Assembly: GCA_964304625.1 (NCBI GenBank)
Contig: OZ199839.1
Location: 9,252,528 to 9,316,527 of the forward strand
Origin: Kudoa neothunni
Taxonomy: Eukaryota > Animalia > Cnidaria
Reading direction: 5' to 3'
Length of the DNA stretch: 64,000 nt
Part shown: positions 1 to 13,307 of the stretch, piece after piece
Layout: every line of letters starts with the position of its first letter
Position numbering within the stretch: position 1 is the stretch's first letter
Notes under the pieces: generated by a model
The model's input: the letters and a program-made list of their open reading frames with translations, nothing else
Databases searched by the model: none
What the model was told of the DNA's origin: nothing
Made by a program: the position numbers and the translations under genes

Positions 1-1101
1 AAAATTTTAAACCGTATTTTGAAGGTTTACTATGCACATACTGTCTAAAAGGACAACGACCTATAAATGATACTAGTTGTTCGTCTATATAAACAACTTC
101 ATACGGACGGAAAAAGCGAGGCAATAAATCAACCCAATGATTAATGATTCCAGAGATCGTGTATATGACAAAATTTGTCATCTTTTTTTCTGGTTTTCCT
201 ATTTTCTCTATCATCAAAATGAAGAGCTCTAGTAATCTGTCCGAATCTATTTAAAGAAAACAGATCCCTATAAATCTTCTGTCTCTCATTGACTACAAAT
301 AACTCTGATATCGGCTCCTCATTATCTTTATGGATTCCCATGAGTAACATGCATCCAATAAACCCATCTAATTCAGGTTGATCTAGGGTTTTCCAATTAC
401 TTTGAAAATTAATTTACCCAAATTTATTTGTAAAACTGAGGATAATATCATATGCCTCCTCACTGAAAAATAATCTAAATGTGTCAATCATTTCGTTCAC
501 ATTATTAGATTCAAATGGAGAAAAACCAAGACGAGTATTCATTATATTTCCGGCACTCGTTTTAGAGGGTACAGGTTTTTCGGCCATCCATAAATGATCA
601 TTTTTGTCAATGAAGGACTCTCCTAATACGCGGGTATATAAATCGAAACTATCCGACGAAACCCCATCATTATGTAAACAATCGATATCAGAACTTTTAA
701 AATCCATGTAGCTATCGCCGTATTCACTGGAAGAAGACATATTATCGTTTATTTTTGCGCGAGCCAAGTCTGAAATTTGGCGGAATATTTACTCGTTTTT
801 AAAAAAATTACACCATAAAATTTTCTGAAATTTGTTGTATAATTATTTTTCTACATATTGAACTATTTGATCCAAAAAAAACGTGGGGTAGATTTTTACC
901 CCATTTTACTTGGAGGGTGTTTTTGCATTAACCCTTTAAATATTTATTTAAAAAATGTTATTTTACGTTCATCTACAGAATTAACAATTAAAAAAGATTT
1001 GATGGAGTATCAACAATATTGGATTCCTCTTAATGTCATAAAAGTGACGACAAAACCAAACCCGCTTGGGCTAGATATCTCTCCCATTTTAAATTAGAAG
1101 G
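1..1101 (-). mobile_element. piggyBac transposon, 5' portion with inactivated transposase (runs off window start)
   Basis: Minus-strand translation gives piggyBac motifs ELDGFIGCMLLMG, RFGQITRALHFDD, DKFCHIHDLW and [31 protein letters not shown]. It is broken by TAA at 414-416 and a 7-bp duplication AATGATT (136-149). Terminus ...TTAGAAGG|TTAA (TTAA 1102-1105); subterminal palindrome-like GGGGTAGATTTTTACCCC near 885-902. Confidence 0.9.
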
Positions 1102-1199
1102 TTAATTTAGAAATGAATTCGCGCTATATACCCTCTAAAAATTTTAACGAAAATTCATTTACTTCGATCAACCAAATATGTGCCAAATAAATCATTTCA

Positions 1200-1602
1200 A
1201 TATACCTTGACGGAGCCATCCTTCCACTCTACGCCTCATAAACATTATAATTTTGATAAGGTGATCCATATTTTACTCCCAAATAAAATATTTCTTTTAA
1301 TTCAAGATGATCTACAGTTCGCGAAGAGTGGTAATCGTCGACCATAAATTCTGCAGTCGTCTCTTTCAACTGGTCTTGTGATCAGTGCTATCTTCAACTT
1401 TAGTCTTCGCAACCTGTTCAACATTCATCTGTCTGTTTAAAATTGAAAGTTTATGAACTTTTAAATTATCTGTACCAATTAAGAATTCTTCAGAGTTTGA
1501 TAGCATGTTTAAATATAGTATGAGATTTTTATAAGCAGTCTTTCTATTTAATGAGTGAGAAGTTTTCCCAGAGATAATGATCGACAGCATTTGTGTTCTC
1601 AA
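1200..1602 (-). mobile_element. possible decayed hAT transposase fragment
   Basis: KVEDSTD resembles the hAT DESTD motif and a frameshifted GATGG-CT-CCG-TCA near 1210-1222 resembles DGAPS; otherwise full of stops. Confidence 0.25.
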
Positions 1603-2260
1603 CTAACCCAATATTTTTTTCAGCAAGAAACTTCTATCAATTTTTTAAAATTGCGTTATTTTGAATTTTTATCTAAATAATTGGAACACTTAGGGCTGAC
1701 ATTATTTCCGAGTGCCCTAACGTCCGCACGGACACATTAACAATATTTGTTCGACTAACTTTTGTCTTAATCCAATTTAATGTTGTCCATTTGCGCATTA
1801 ATTTTTTTATTTTGTTAATAAGAAGTAGTAAAGCTGTGTTGCAGGGACAAATCTATTGTGGTTTATTTCGGATATATAGACACTAATTTCATTAAAATTA
1901 TTCGTAATTTTTCACTTATGATAGTTTTCGTTATTTTTGACCTCCTTGAATGATTTCAATTTGAACATAGCGAACTGTAGTCGCTAAAATTATGAGAACT
2001 AAATGATTATTGTTTATTTCTTTCTGTGGACTAATTGAATGGATAATAATATTTGTTAATAGTTTTAAGGGATTTATCAACAAACAATGTTCAAACCCAG
2101 AGAAAGACTGAAAAATTCATGAAAGTTAATATATTATTATAATTTATCTTCATTGGTTGAAAGGAATAATCCAGCGGAAACCCATTCATAAATACGATTG
2201 TTATATAATAGGATAGAATCTTCAATCGGAATTTTCTACGCCCGTTCACAATAAAACAAC

Positions 2261-3608
2261 ATGATTCCTATGTTTCTAGTATTAGTCTCCGTTTTTTTAA
2301 ATTACGCTTTATTGGGTTATTTTATTATTGTTTTTTATAATTCTATATTTTATTAGATATAAGGTTAACAGATTATGAAAGTACTAACTCAGAAACAGCA
2401 GTAGATGGTGTACAACCAACTACAAGATTTAGGATAAATAAAAGCAACGCTGAATGTGAAGAATTTACCTATTTTGGTTATGGATCAAGTTTCAATAATT
2501 TTAAGTCGATAGAAGAATGTAGAAATCACCGTATATTCAAATAAAATAATCATTATCGATTAATAAATTGTAGTGGTTGCATCTCCTTTGGAAATGCTCG
2601 AAGCATGTAAACATCCTTTAGAAAATTATCCTGAATATCTCTGTAATAAAAACTCAGCGACATCTAAAAGATTTTTTAAATATAACCCACAAAATATTGA
2701 CGCTGATAATGGGACCATCACCCCAGAATATTACGAATGTAGAGGATTCTTGTCAAAAGGTTGTGAAGTGTCAAATTACGTGTTTGGAAATAACGCTGAC
2801 TGTACAAACGCTTGCCTAGGTTTTTAGTTATCAAGAATATTTCTTACATTTTTAATAGCAAAAAGAAATGAAATACCTAATGTGTTTGATTGTATGGTTC
2901 CTCATAAATTAACAAATTCGCCGGATGGAGATGAAATGCAGTACGACGTGAGGATAGTTTACAATAGCGCAAAAAATCAATGCCTCTACACAGCTGTAAA
3001 CAGCAATCAAGAGAGAGGGATATTCAAGAAATTTGATGACTGTGTCAAAAAATGTGTAAAAAGTGGGAAACAATTGTCATTATCTAGATCTTTTAAATCA
3101 ACTGTAAATAGAACCAACGGGGAAAAAATGGCCATGCAGTGGAGCTCCATATCAAAGCATATGTGAAGGCCCAGTAGGTCTGAAATACTATTACAACGCA
3201 ACATCTAAGTCGTGTCTTCCTTTTTATTCTACTGAGTGTAACAAACCAGAGGGAGTGAATCAATTTGATACGGTAGAATTATGTGCTGGGAAATGTCAAG
3301 TTAGTATGTATTAAATTCTTGTGAAAAAATATGACCAAATTGAAATAGTTGACCAAAAGTGGAGAAATACTGAGGCATTTTGTCTTCAAAGACCTAGTGC
3401 TGGAAAGGGAAGACTCGATCTTCCAAGGTGGTACTTTGACAGTGAAAGCAGAGATTGCTATTTGTTTGCTTATAAAGGTATTGGTGGGAACAAGAATAGA
3501 TTCACCATGAAAGAACTGTGTTTGGCATCCTGTAGTCAAACACCTCACCAACTAACGCTTTCACCTTCTCCTCTATCAAAGGATTATTACAAATCAAACA
3601 ACGGCTAG
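2261..3608 (+). CDS. secreted multi-Kunitz (BPTI-type) domain protein, 5 domains, 6 exons
   Basis: Exons 2261-2315, 2357-2530, 2574-2819, 2859-3062, 3112-3303, 3349-3608; all introns phase 1, 39-49 nt, GT-AG, frame continuous. Signal peptide MIPMFLVLVSVFLNYALL. Kunitz motifs RWYFDSESRDCYLFAYKGIGGNKNRF, YYYNATSKSCLPFY and CEEFTYFGYGSSFNNFKSIEEC. Confidence 0.88.
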
Positions 3609-5793
3609 CAGATACGGATAACTGATCATCTGTCAATGATAAATTATGAACAAATATTATATATCGACTGTACATTTGATTATTCAAATTATGTTTCTTT
3701 TTAAAAGTGCGTAAAACCCGTCATTGACTGTATTCACTTGTATTTAATGATAATAATATCTAAAACGCACAATAAAAATGGGAAGGTTGTCGAATGACCA
3801 TAAAAATTGATCATCATTCTATATGTAGTATATTGATATAATTATTTACCGCTCAAAATATATCCTAATAATGACTTTCTTAAAAAATAATATTTAAATT
3901 TTACATTAATAAGGAAAGCCTTATATTAATGATAAAAATAATGAAGTATTAATCATTGACTTATTAGGAATTAATTATTTCTAATTTATATTCTAAAAAG
4001 TATTTTTTGATAAAGTGAACAATCTTCTCAAATAATTTTGTGCTACATAATAACAAAATTTCACAATTTTTTAAACTTCATTTCGTAAAATAGTGTACCA
4101 ATATTCTGAAGCTACATATTTTTTGATATACATATTGATTTATTCGCGTTTATTAGAATTCTTACATTAAATAAAGCCATTTTATTAATTGTTTAATAGG
4201 ACATTAATCAAATTTAACTTAATATAAAATTAATGTTACTTAACTTTTATAAAATTTATTAAGTATTAAAATAACCATATGATAGTTTTAATATTGTTAA
4301 TTAATGATTAAATTAGAAATCATATATTAAATATTTAAAGAATATAGTAATATTATAGAGAAATATTCGAAAGAGAAACCTTTAGTCGAAGATACTTCGT
4401 TTTATGATAATATAATATATTTATTTTATGATATACGTTGCATATGATAACACAACGAGCTGCATTATATTTTTATAATTATTATTTAATTATATAGTAA
4501 GGTTGAGAAGATAAAAAGTTAATATCTTATGTAAAATTTTAATATTTATTGTATTAGCTATATTTTTGAACCGATTATAAATCTTAAACAAAGTAAAGAC
4601 AAAATTTAAAGCAAGAGTGAGGATTAAAAGTATAAAATCTAAATCATAATATTTTATACTAAAAATATAAATCAATTTACAAAAAATTCTAAAAACTTTT
4701 TAAAAGAGTAAGTGTTTACTTTAATTAAATAAATGATGTCGTTGTAGAGTGTAATTTTAAAATAAATATAATTATAATAAATCTATTAGAATATTTCAAT
4801 ACAAAATTGATTTAATTTGTTTAATGAAGTTAACGAAATACATAATATATTTTTAAAATGATTTTATTATTCTGTAGTAACAAAATAGTGTTCAACAATA
4901 ATATGTTTTCATTACAATATATTGAGCATTATTTAAATGTGTAAATAGTTCAATTTTGCTTTTCTGTATGAAATTTTAAACTATCGCTTAGCTGAAAATA
5001 ATGGTAACTTTTAGAGATTTGTATTTATTCATTTTTTATAGAATCCAACATTTTAAACCAAGCGAACATAACACCACATATTTGTTATGGATATTTAATA
5101 AAACCCCAATGTGACCATTCTGACAGTAGAAATAATTAGATATATTTTTTTAAATAAGGAATATTTTAGATTTCTTTCTATTTTTATAAATAATCATCTG
5201 TAAATTTTTATCTCGGTCTTCTGAAAAGAAATTTAATTTAATGATTATTGAAACATATAATATAATATTATTTACTTTATCCGTTTGTGATATTATAATC
5301 AATTGCATTATTAACTAATCGCATATAATATTACAATATGATACACATTGTCATATTGAAAGTTTTCTAAATATGATAAAAGAGCCAAATTTAATTTATT
5401 TTTTAGTAATAATAGATATATTAAGATAATTTTGATTATTATATTTTTATAGATAAATTTGTAGATTAAAATTTACAAAAATTATTTTAATAATAGCATA
5501 TAAGTAATTAATTCAGTTAATATTCTTTCTTATTTTCAATAAATTTAAAAAGCTATTAATGTTCTTAAGTTATTTTATTGTAATTACATTACATATTTTT
5601 ATAATTAAAATTTATCATGATTCCCTATCTAGTTAGATTATATTGATATTTTTGATTATGAACACAATGCTCCGAGTAAACTGGAAACCATTTTTGGGGA
5701 TATGGTTTCTTTCAGTATTGAACGTTGACAATAGTTATAAATGTTTGTTTACACGGTGCTATCAATTCGATAATTATTCCCTGATTTTTGAAA

Positions 5794-6598
5794 ATGGTTG
5801 GAGCAACATTTTTCGTCTTATGTATGTATTCTAAAATATGTTCTATTCGTTACATTTTTCTAGTCCAATTCTTAACAGTACTCACTCAGGCGACTAGGGT
5901 TTATTAATTTGTGGGTGGGACTTTGAAATCTTGAATGATTTACAATAGATGGAATGGTCACCAATCTCGCTGAATCAATTAACAAGAGCTCTAAAATTTT
6001 TGCAAAAGGACAAAAATTTTTTGAATTATAACTCGGTAGTATAAATTCTCATACAAAAATCGAATATCGTGATTTAATAGCATATGCTGATCAAAAATAT
6101 AAGCGAAAATATTCCAAAATATTACCACCAAAATACATTAAAATTCTCTAAATGCCCTGAACAAGCACGTTGTTTGAATTGGACAAGTTAATAAATTCAG
6201 TATTATAAAAGATGATCTATTTTAGTCACGGAATTTAAAATGTTTCCAGTTTGCGACGCATGTCAGGTAAAACTATAAAATATTATATTTTATCAATTTT
6301 CTAATTGCATCAATTAAAAGATAGTTGTTTTTAGCAATTGCGTACATAGACAAAGATATCCTCTTAACAACTATGTAAATTGTGTCAGGCGTTAGATGTA
6401 AATAATTATTTATAGGTGCAGGAGCGTTGTGATTACGAAGCATTTGAACAATGCCATATTATTAAAGCCTGCTTAAAAATATCGCTTGAAGAATATAATG
6501 GTTTTAAAATTTATTTAAAAATAGATCTTTTATAAGAAAAAGTTGAACGAGAAATATTATTTAGATTTATTAAAGGAGAAGATTACACGCGATCCTGA
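5794..6598 (+). CDS. hypothetical secreted Cys-rich protein (~165 aa, 8 exons)
   Basis: Exons 5794-5821, 5864-5898, 5949-6035, 6081-6186, 6226-6266, 6321-6374, 6416-6500, 6537-6598 join in one open frame via seven 36-54 nt GT-AG introns. N-terminus MVGATFFVLFQFLTVLTQA is signal-peptide-like; 8 Cys including VCDACQIVV. The 3' end is uncertain (a further intron/exon to 6738 works in another frame). Confidence 0.6.
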
Positions 6599-7103
6599 AC
6601 ATATTTATGGTATCTTTCAAAATTAAAATTTTTACATTTTTTGTAGATGAAAGAAAATTCCAGCCAATTCGCTCAACCGCTCATTATCACAATAGAAAAC
6701 TCGAACGAATAAAACATCACATTAATCACACAAAATAAAATTGATTACGGTTTAAATGATAGATTTTAAACTCTCAGATTAACGTTTTTCGTCAATTTTT
6801 GTTTTTGGAGTCAAATTAAAATAAATAAAATAATTGATTCAATATAACAATATATTTGAAACAATAAATATTTCGTGCTAAATCTCGTTATAACGTTAAA
6901 ATATATTCAAAAAGTTATAATTTTTAAATTAATTCGAGAAATTTTTATATTTTAACAAATAGATCTATCATGTAGGGTAGGCGTCACTGAAAAATGATAA
7001 ATTTAAAATTATTCCTAACAACCTTCGTATATAAAATTAAATAATTTTTTTTTATCTAAATTTATACAACTTAATCATTAATTCTCTAAGATCAACGAAA
7101 ACG

Positions 7104-8283
7104 ACCACCCACCAATGACTTTTAGGGTTCAAAAGATACCAGTTTTTTATTTGACGAATTAACCCAATAAATATAGATATATTAACTAATTCAGTTTAAA
7201 AAATTTCTGTTGACTAAATTGGAAGAAAAGAGCCGAACATTTGTTTAATTAATCCGTTATAATCTCATCGGTGTTGTGTCGGGTTGTACCGTAAATGATC
7301 GTCACATAAAACCGTTGCTGAATAATTTTAAATTGTTGAGAAATAATCAATTCAAGTGAATTGACTCAATGTTTAATATTTTTAGTAAAAATATTCAGTT
7401 CAATATCCTAAATTATTGTTCAAGAGCGTATAGTTACTATGCTTAAATAATGCGACGCGACCCGGCGTTGCATTATTTATAAATGAGTGAAACTGATAGG
7501 TGCCTTATGGAATTTTAATCTTTTGGAAGTGGATTTGAAGTAGACTATATGGAACTATCTGAAAGATCCACTAGTGAATCGATGGAATATGGAAATACTG
7601 AAGACTCAATAATCAGTAGAAGTGGTATTATGTGAGGTTTTAGAAATCCCCACATAACATCATGAATCAATGCAGAAAATGCGACGGAAAATCGCCTGCC
7701 ATTACCTTCTATTGTAATCTGTATGTTAGATTGCAAAAATCTGTCACAAACAATCTGTGAATAAATAATAAAATATATCGATTTTTGGAAGATTTCATAT
7801 AAAAGATGACTGAATTTGATTATTAAATATATTCATATAAATTATGTTTACTTTCTCCGATTCAATGAATTCATTTTTTATATGTAAATTAAAGTTTACC
7901 TTACCTATTTTAATTAACGGTCACGTGTGAATAATTATATCCCTACGCAAAATAAAGATTAATTAATTAATTTCATATTTCAAAATTTTTATGTGATTAA
8001 TATGAATAAAACTTGTGGAGCTACATTTTTATTTATATTTAAAACATATTGACCAAAAAACGTCGATGGGTCTTTTGAACCTCCAAAGTCCTTCGACGAT
8101 AATATTTTTTTCTACATCTAATTTCTATTCACCCCCCTTAAAATTTTTAGAGAACGAACGATATTGAAAGTTAGGAGATTAGGCAGAATTTAACGAATTT
8201 CTGTTTATTACATACATACATACATACTACTGGGTAAATTAATTATGGTTAGGGTTCCAAAAGACCCCTAAATCCTTCGAGGG
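7104..8283 (+). mobile_element. internally deleted piggyBac-like element
   Basis: Right end ...CCTTCGAGGG|TTAA (8284-8287). Subterminal motif GGGTCTTTTGAACCTCCAAAGTC (8068-8090) has inverted copies at 7117-7140 and 8252-8267. From ATG 7483 there is an acidic N-terminus then ISRSGIM*GFRNPHITS*INAEN (piggyBac W..P..R..N motif), fused to a Cys-rich tail remnant (KICHKTICE, ~7735-7761). Left boundary approximate. Confidence 0.6.
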
Positions 8284-8308
8284 TTAAATATGTATGTATG
8301 TATGTATG
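8209..8308. repeat. inverted pair of tetranucleotide microsatellites (CATA)n / (TATG)n
   Basis: TACATACATACATACATAC at 8209-8227 and TATGTATGTATGTATGTATG at 8289-8308, on either side of the piggyBac terminus. Confidence 0.8.
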
Positions 8309-8786
8309 TTATTATATACGCCCATCAAAATTGCGCTAAACCATACGCAGCTTATTATACACGATTTTTCCCCGAAATTCCAAGATTATTATATGAATTC
8401 ATTTCCTACTGTTCAAAAATATTACAATTTTTAATACGAGCTCTTTTTATGAATCAGCTTATTGTCAACAATAAATCACTCTTATTATAAAATACATTAT
8501 ATATGAATATAAGATATCAAATGTTTATTCTAAAATAGCCAAAACTAATAATATTTTCTTGATATCAAGTATGGCTGATTAAATATTAGACAAGAAATAG
8601 CAAAAGTTTATATTTTTACTATTGTTAAATAAAAAATAATGTTTAACACCATCCGACTATTCAAATAATCACCGATATAAAACATATTATAATTTTTTAT
8701 TTGTCTACATTAAAGAAAATTAAAATTTAATGCGCAAAAAAAAACAACTTATATAAACATATTTAAAATGAATTTCAAAATCAGTA

Positions 8787-9205
8787 TTATTGTTTCTTGG
8801 AAAATTCAGTCACAGCTTGAGTAAATTTATCCTCGAGGATTTCGCCAACCTCATACAACTGTTTCAAACCTTCGACAAGAACACTTTCGGCGGATGCATT
8901 TTTGGTTTGTATTCTAAAATTGATTTTATTCTGTGATGGATGTGGAATACAGTAACCACAGAATTCTACTTCATCACTATGTAAAAAAAGGATTATCTCA
9001 AACAGTCAATAAGAAAATACACACTTTCCACTCAAAACATGTCTCAAAGAATTCCCCAAAGTGTGTCCCTCGCCGTTAAAAATAAAAGTTGCACAAGTAT
9101 CATCATCTATTTCCAGAGGATTTCTTATCTGTTAAAAAACAATTAATTCTTACCTGGAAATAAAAATTTTACAATTTCGACTGATTTAGTGTTCAGTTGG
9201 GTCAT
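8787..9205 (-). CDS. POLR1D: RNA polymerase I/III shared subunit RPAC2 (AC19), 3 exons
   Basis: Not in ORF track. Exons 9205-9173, 9128-9025, 8976-8787 (introns 44 and 48 nt) give [70 protein letters not shown]..., containing the Rpb11/AC19 signatures [10 protein letters not shown] and VEFCGYxIPHPS. Confidence 0.93.
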
Positions 9206-9466
9206 GATAATTCCGCCTTAATTCGTATGTGATCGTTCTGGCGAGTCAAAAATAGGGAACATTTTTCATGATTTTATCGTTTTCTTCCAACATGTGTTCA
9301 TCAATTTAAATAATGTGTTCCATGTTGAATAGTAACTAACTTAAAATTAAATTTTCTCATAAAATACGAAAACAACTCAATGCGCATATGTTATTTAGGA
9401 TATTAACGAATAAGCTGACACATTCGATAGAAAGCTCGTGATTGTGAGCATAATTTTCGCATAGTG
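9206..9466. promoter_or_regulatory. putative bidirectional promoter POLR1D / CRAMP1
   Basis: Divergent ATGs only 261 bp apart; contains TGCGCAT at 9381-9387. Confidence 0.55.
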
Positions 9467-11516
9467 ATGCAGAATGTAGCGCCATTCAAGACATATTCTG
9501 CGCCTAGCTTTGATGTAAATCACAGACGTGTATTTTTCGAAGCATTAGCAATGTGCGGCAAAAAATTTGACCTAATTCATAATTTCATGATGGAGAAAAA
9601 ATTTAATAAATCACTTGAAGATATATCCATGTTCTACCAATCTACACTTCATGATATCCGACGTTTCATGAAAGTTTGGTACAGTAAGGTGAGTCTGAAA
9701 ATATTTTGAGTTTAACTGATCCATTATAATTTAATTATTAAGCAAAATGAAGATGTGAAATTGTTTCATAAAGAATTTTTTGTTGAGTTTGTGTTTGAGA
9801 GAAATGGTAACGATATGAAAGAAATTACTATTTTGTTGGCACATGAAGAAATGAGAAAAATTGGTTATACCTCATTTCAAGCTTATCCCAATAGAATACT
9901 CTCGCTTATTAAACTCATTGAACACGGTCATGTTCAAGTGTCTAAAAACTGCCGAAAGAAAAATCTTCACTTGCCATCCAGAAGTGTAGATTTTGATTGT
10001 TTTTTTGTGAGATAGTTTGACCTTGTGATAGGTTTTGCAATTAAATTCCACAATAAAAAATGTGAAGGATGAACACTTAAAATTATACCTGGCCAAATAT
10101 CCTCGGATTAATGTAGAACTAAGACCTAAAAATATTTTCACTGCTTTCCTCATGAAAAAAATTCACCTCAAACCTTATCTTGTTGCTCGTATCGAATCAA
10201 ACAAAAGCGTTTCTGATTTGAAGAAAAAATTGACCAAGTTTTGGAATTTTTGTAATACCTTTGTACAGTCACACAATTCTATCGATCTTACACATGCTTG
10301 TCAACGGAAACAAAATTGCTGCCCTTTTGACGACAACAAATGTGATCTCTTTGGAGATATCACGCCGCAGAATGATAATTCGGATCGAGAGAAATCTCAA
10401 GTTTTCTACAACTCTCTCAAGTCTGAAATTGACTGTTCGAATGGCTTTTTTGATCGAACTACGCCAGGAGACAACTTTACCAACGACATTAACATTGACA
10501 AGGTGTCTGTGAATGTGGATGATGCTATCAACGATTGTTATAACAAAAATTGTTGTGGTCGTGCGTTGGTTGATAACGAAATACTCATCACTCTTTCTCA
10601 TTGTTTTTACGACTTTGATAACCGTCTTTCAAACGACACGGTCAACGAACAATCCGCTTTCAAAATAAAAAATATAAATTATAAATCATCGGCATTGTTC
10701 TATTATTCATTTAACGACTGTGCTGTGGATTGTAATTATGATCTGCTATCGATGCTAGCGTTGAAAGTGATGGTTGAATCAAGACATATGAAACATGATC
10801 GAAATAGTGATCATTCAACTTCCAATACCAAATCCAGCTCCATTGAGATCTTACCACAAAAGAGACCCCACGACAGTGGAACTTCTGTTGTGGAACTGGT
10901 CGAACCACCAAAACAACCAAATCCTGCCTCTTCCATATTGAATACTTCGTTTTCTATGAATCCTGAAAATTCAATGAGTTGTAATGAAATGTCCAAAGGT
11001 ACAACTCCAATCAAGTTGCTACCTTCGGAGTTGTCTTTCAATGAACAATCTATGGATCTGTTCAAAAATATCCAATCCAATAACCCTCTTTCGCAATACA
11101 GCAATAGCTCCTTTTCACAGTCGATCAATCCATTCAAACACTCAGAATCCAGACCTTTTAAAGGTAGCAGTCAATCTTCTGTTGATGGGCCCACAAATTT
11201 CACTCAACTTGCTAACCTAATCAAAGAGGGCTGGTCAAATTTTTCGTCGAGTATAACATTTTTTTGGTAGCAGTTATTTATGAGTTGAGTATTTGGTTTT
11301 AGGTCCTGCAAAACGGAATTCTAATTTCCAACCCCCTCCTACCATCTCTGCTCAACATTCTCCTCAAAAATTCGTATTCCTATTTTAAAGATCCATATTT
11401 CATTGGTTTTTTAGGCAAGAGATGAAGATTCCATTGATATGACGAATGCATTCAAAAAGTTAACTAAAAAGTCCCCATTTCCTCCCAATGATACTGATAA
11501 CTCTAAGAAAACTTAA
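9467..11516 (+). CDS. CRAMP1: Cramped-like SANT-domain chromatin regulator, 5 exons
   Basis: SANT-like FFEALAMCGKKFDLI...MFYQSTLHDI; LLAHEEMRKIG; INVELRPKN...KPYL...SVSDLKKKLTKFW; C-terminal DEDSIDMTNAFKKL. These match the conserved Cramped blocks FFEGLYEHGKDFEAI, ICYGELRKKIG, IELQPRN..NPRL and NENSIDYISRF. Four short GT-AG introns, near 9689, 9986, 11251 and 11374. Confidence 0.85.
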
Positions 11517-12439
11517 TTTTATTTATTTGTATAATTTTTTAATTTCGTTTTATTATTTTTATGCATCACGTGACATCTTAATTATTATATGTTTAATGAA
11601 TTAGCTTTACAAATATTTGAGATTGGAGATAATTTTAAGTGCCAACAATTATTCAAAAATACCTTATAAAATTAGGTTAACCGTAGAAATCTCTTTATGG
11701 AGCTCTTTATCTAAATATTAGGTTTAAACTAAAATTATTATTCATTTAAAATTTAAATATTTCAAGTTAACTATGTTATTGACTTTTGATAATGTTTTTA
11801 TAGAACATTTTTAGTTTAAATTAATTTTATTTAATATATTAAATTGAATTATTCCAACTCTGTAGTATGAACTTATGTTCAGTCTAAATGGGAAACCGTT
11901 TTGTGATCAAACAGAATTAAAGAGAGTTAGCTTCATGATGCTGAATATTTCTATTATTAACAACTACTGTGTCAGAGCGCTCTTCACCACTTACATTCGT
12001 ATATTTGGATATTCTTTATTTCTAATACATAATTTATTTATTATTAATTAAAATAAGACATTATTTTTAGTCTAATATTTAAAGAGAATATAAGGGAATA
12101 TATATTATAACTAATATCGTTATATTCAAGTATAAGTTACAGAGGGGTTTTGGAATAATTTTTCATGATTTTGGTTGGTCATGTATTAACCGCATCTTTA
12201 AATGAAAAGTTTTCTGTTGACGAACTTTAAAATATTTGATTTTTTAGCTTAAGCCAAGGCAAAAAAATAAAGGTTATTGAATATAACAAGGAAATATTTA
12301 TTTTAAGTTCATATAATGCAAGTATTTCTCAAAAAATAAGTTTCAAATGTTAATTATTTTTTGTCGATTCAAAAGGAAGAAAAGGTACTCTCCTCAAACA
12401 GACAAATTCATTGCTCAGCTATTATGGTGTCGTTGTAAT

Positions 12440-12690
12440 TCTAATCAGACTCTTCGTCAATACCTTATATTTTTTCAACCTTTCGAAGTATATCATCTTC
12501 GCCCCGTCCATTGATGTTAATTTGTCGCATTTTTTGAATGAATTTTGGATAATTTCTGAACTTATTGATTCCTTAGAATTTCTCACCCAACCAGCTACGA
12601 TAGATAATACTAGTCTTTAAAATTTCCTGCAGCTGTATTTATTGCCTATCCCTCCGACGTCCATTGAATCCATCTCTCGGGAACTTCACA
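12440..12690 (-). mobile_element. pogo/Tigger transposase C-terminal remnant
   Basis: Frameshifted translation INTAAGNFK..SIVAGWVRNSKESISSEIIQNSFKKC..MDG.EDDIL resembles the pogo DDE_1 C-terminal region (W...W..I....I..SFKKCG....DG.EDD). Confidence 0.65.
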
Positions 12691-13307
12691 TTTAAATTAT
12701 AAAATTAATTTATTACGCTAAAAATTATATACTTAACCATCAGCTATCCTTATTTTTAAGCTTGTATCACTTGGAAAAGTCGTATGCAGATTTTGAAGTT
12801 TTTATATGAAAAAAGTGCGATTTATAGTCAAATATATACAGTACATTATAAGAACATCATACCTAATGGACCGTATATCTCAAATTCGTGTTTTACATGC
12901 CCTGTATATAACTTATTCTACAGAATGACCTGGTAGATATTATAGATAAAAACTTTATCCTAAAATTAAGAAATAATAAACAACTTGCGGGGATTTTTAG
13001 TGGGTTTTAATGATCAAAGGCTCATATATAACACCTAAGATAATTATATTTATTAGAGATAACCGCTAGAAATTACAAAATAGTTTAAATATTATATTTA
13101 TAATTATCGTCAAATTCTCTAAAAAAGTAATTTATGAGTATGTTAAACTACTGATATTTCAGAAACTAGAAGAATCGCCAGAAATTTAATCGATGTCAGC
13201 CTCACATCAAATATGAAAAATATTGATGTTATTACAAGGAGTTTTACTTAGAAAATTATTGATTCCCAAGGAAAAATAAGATTTTATATTCCCAACCAAC
13301 CATAAAA

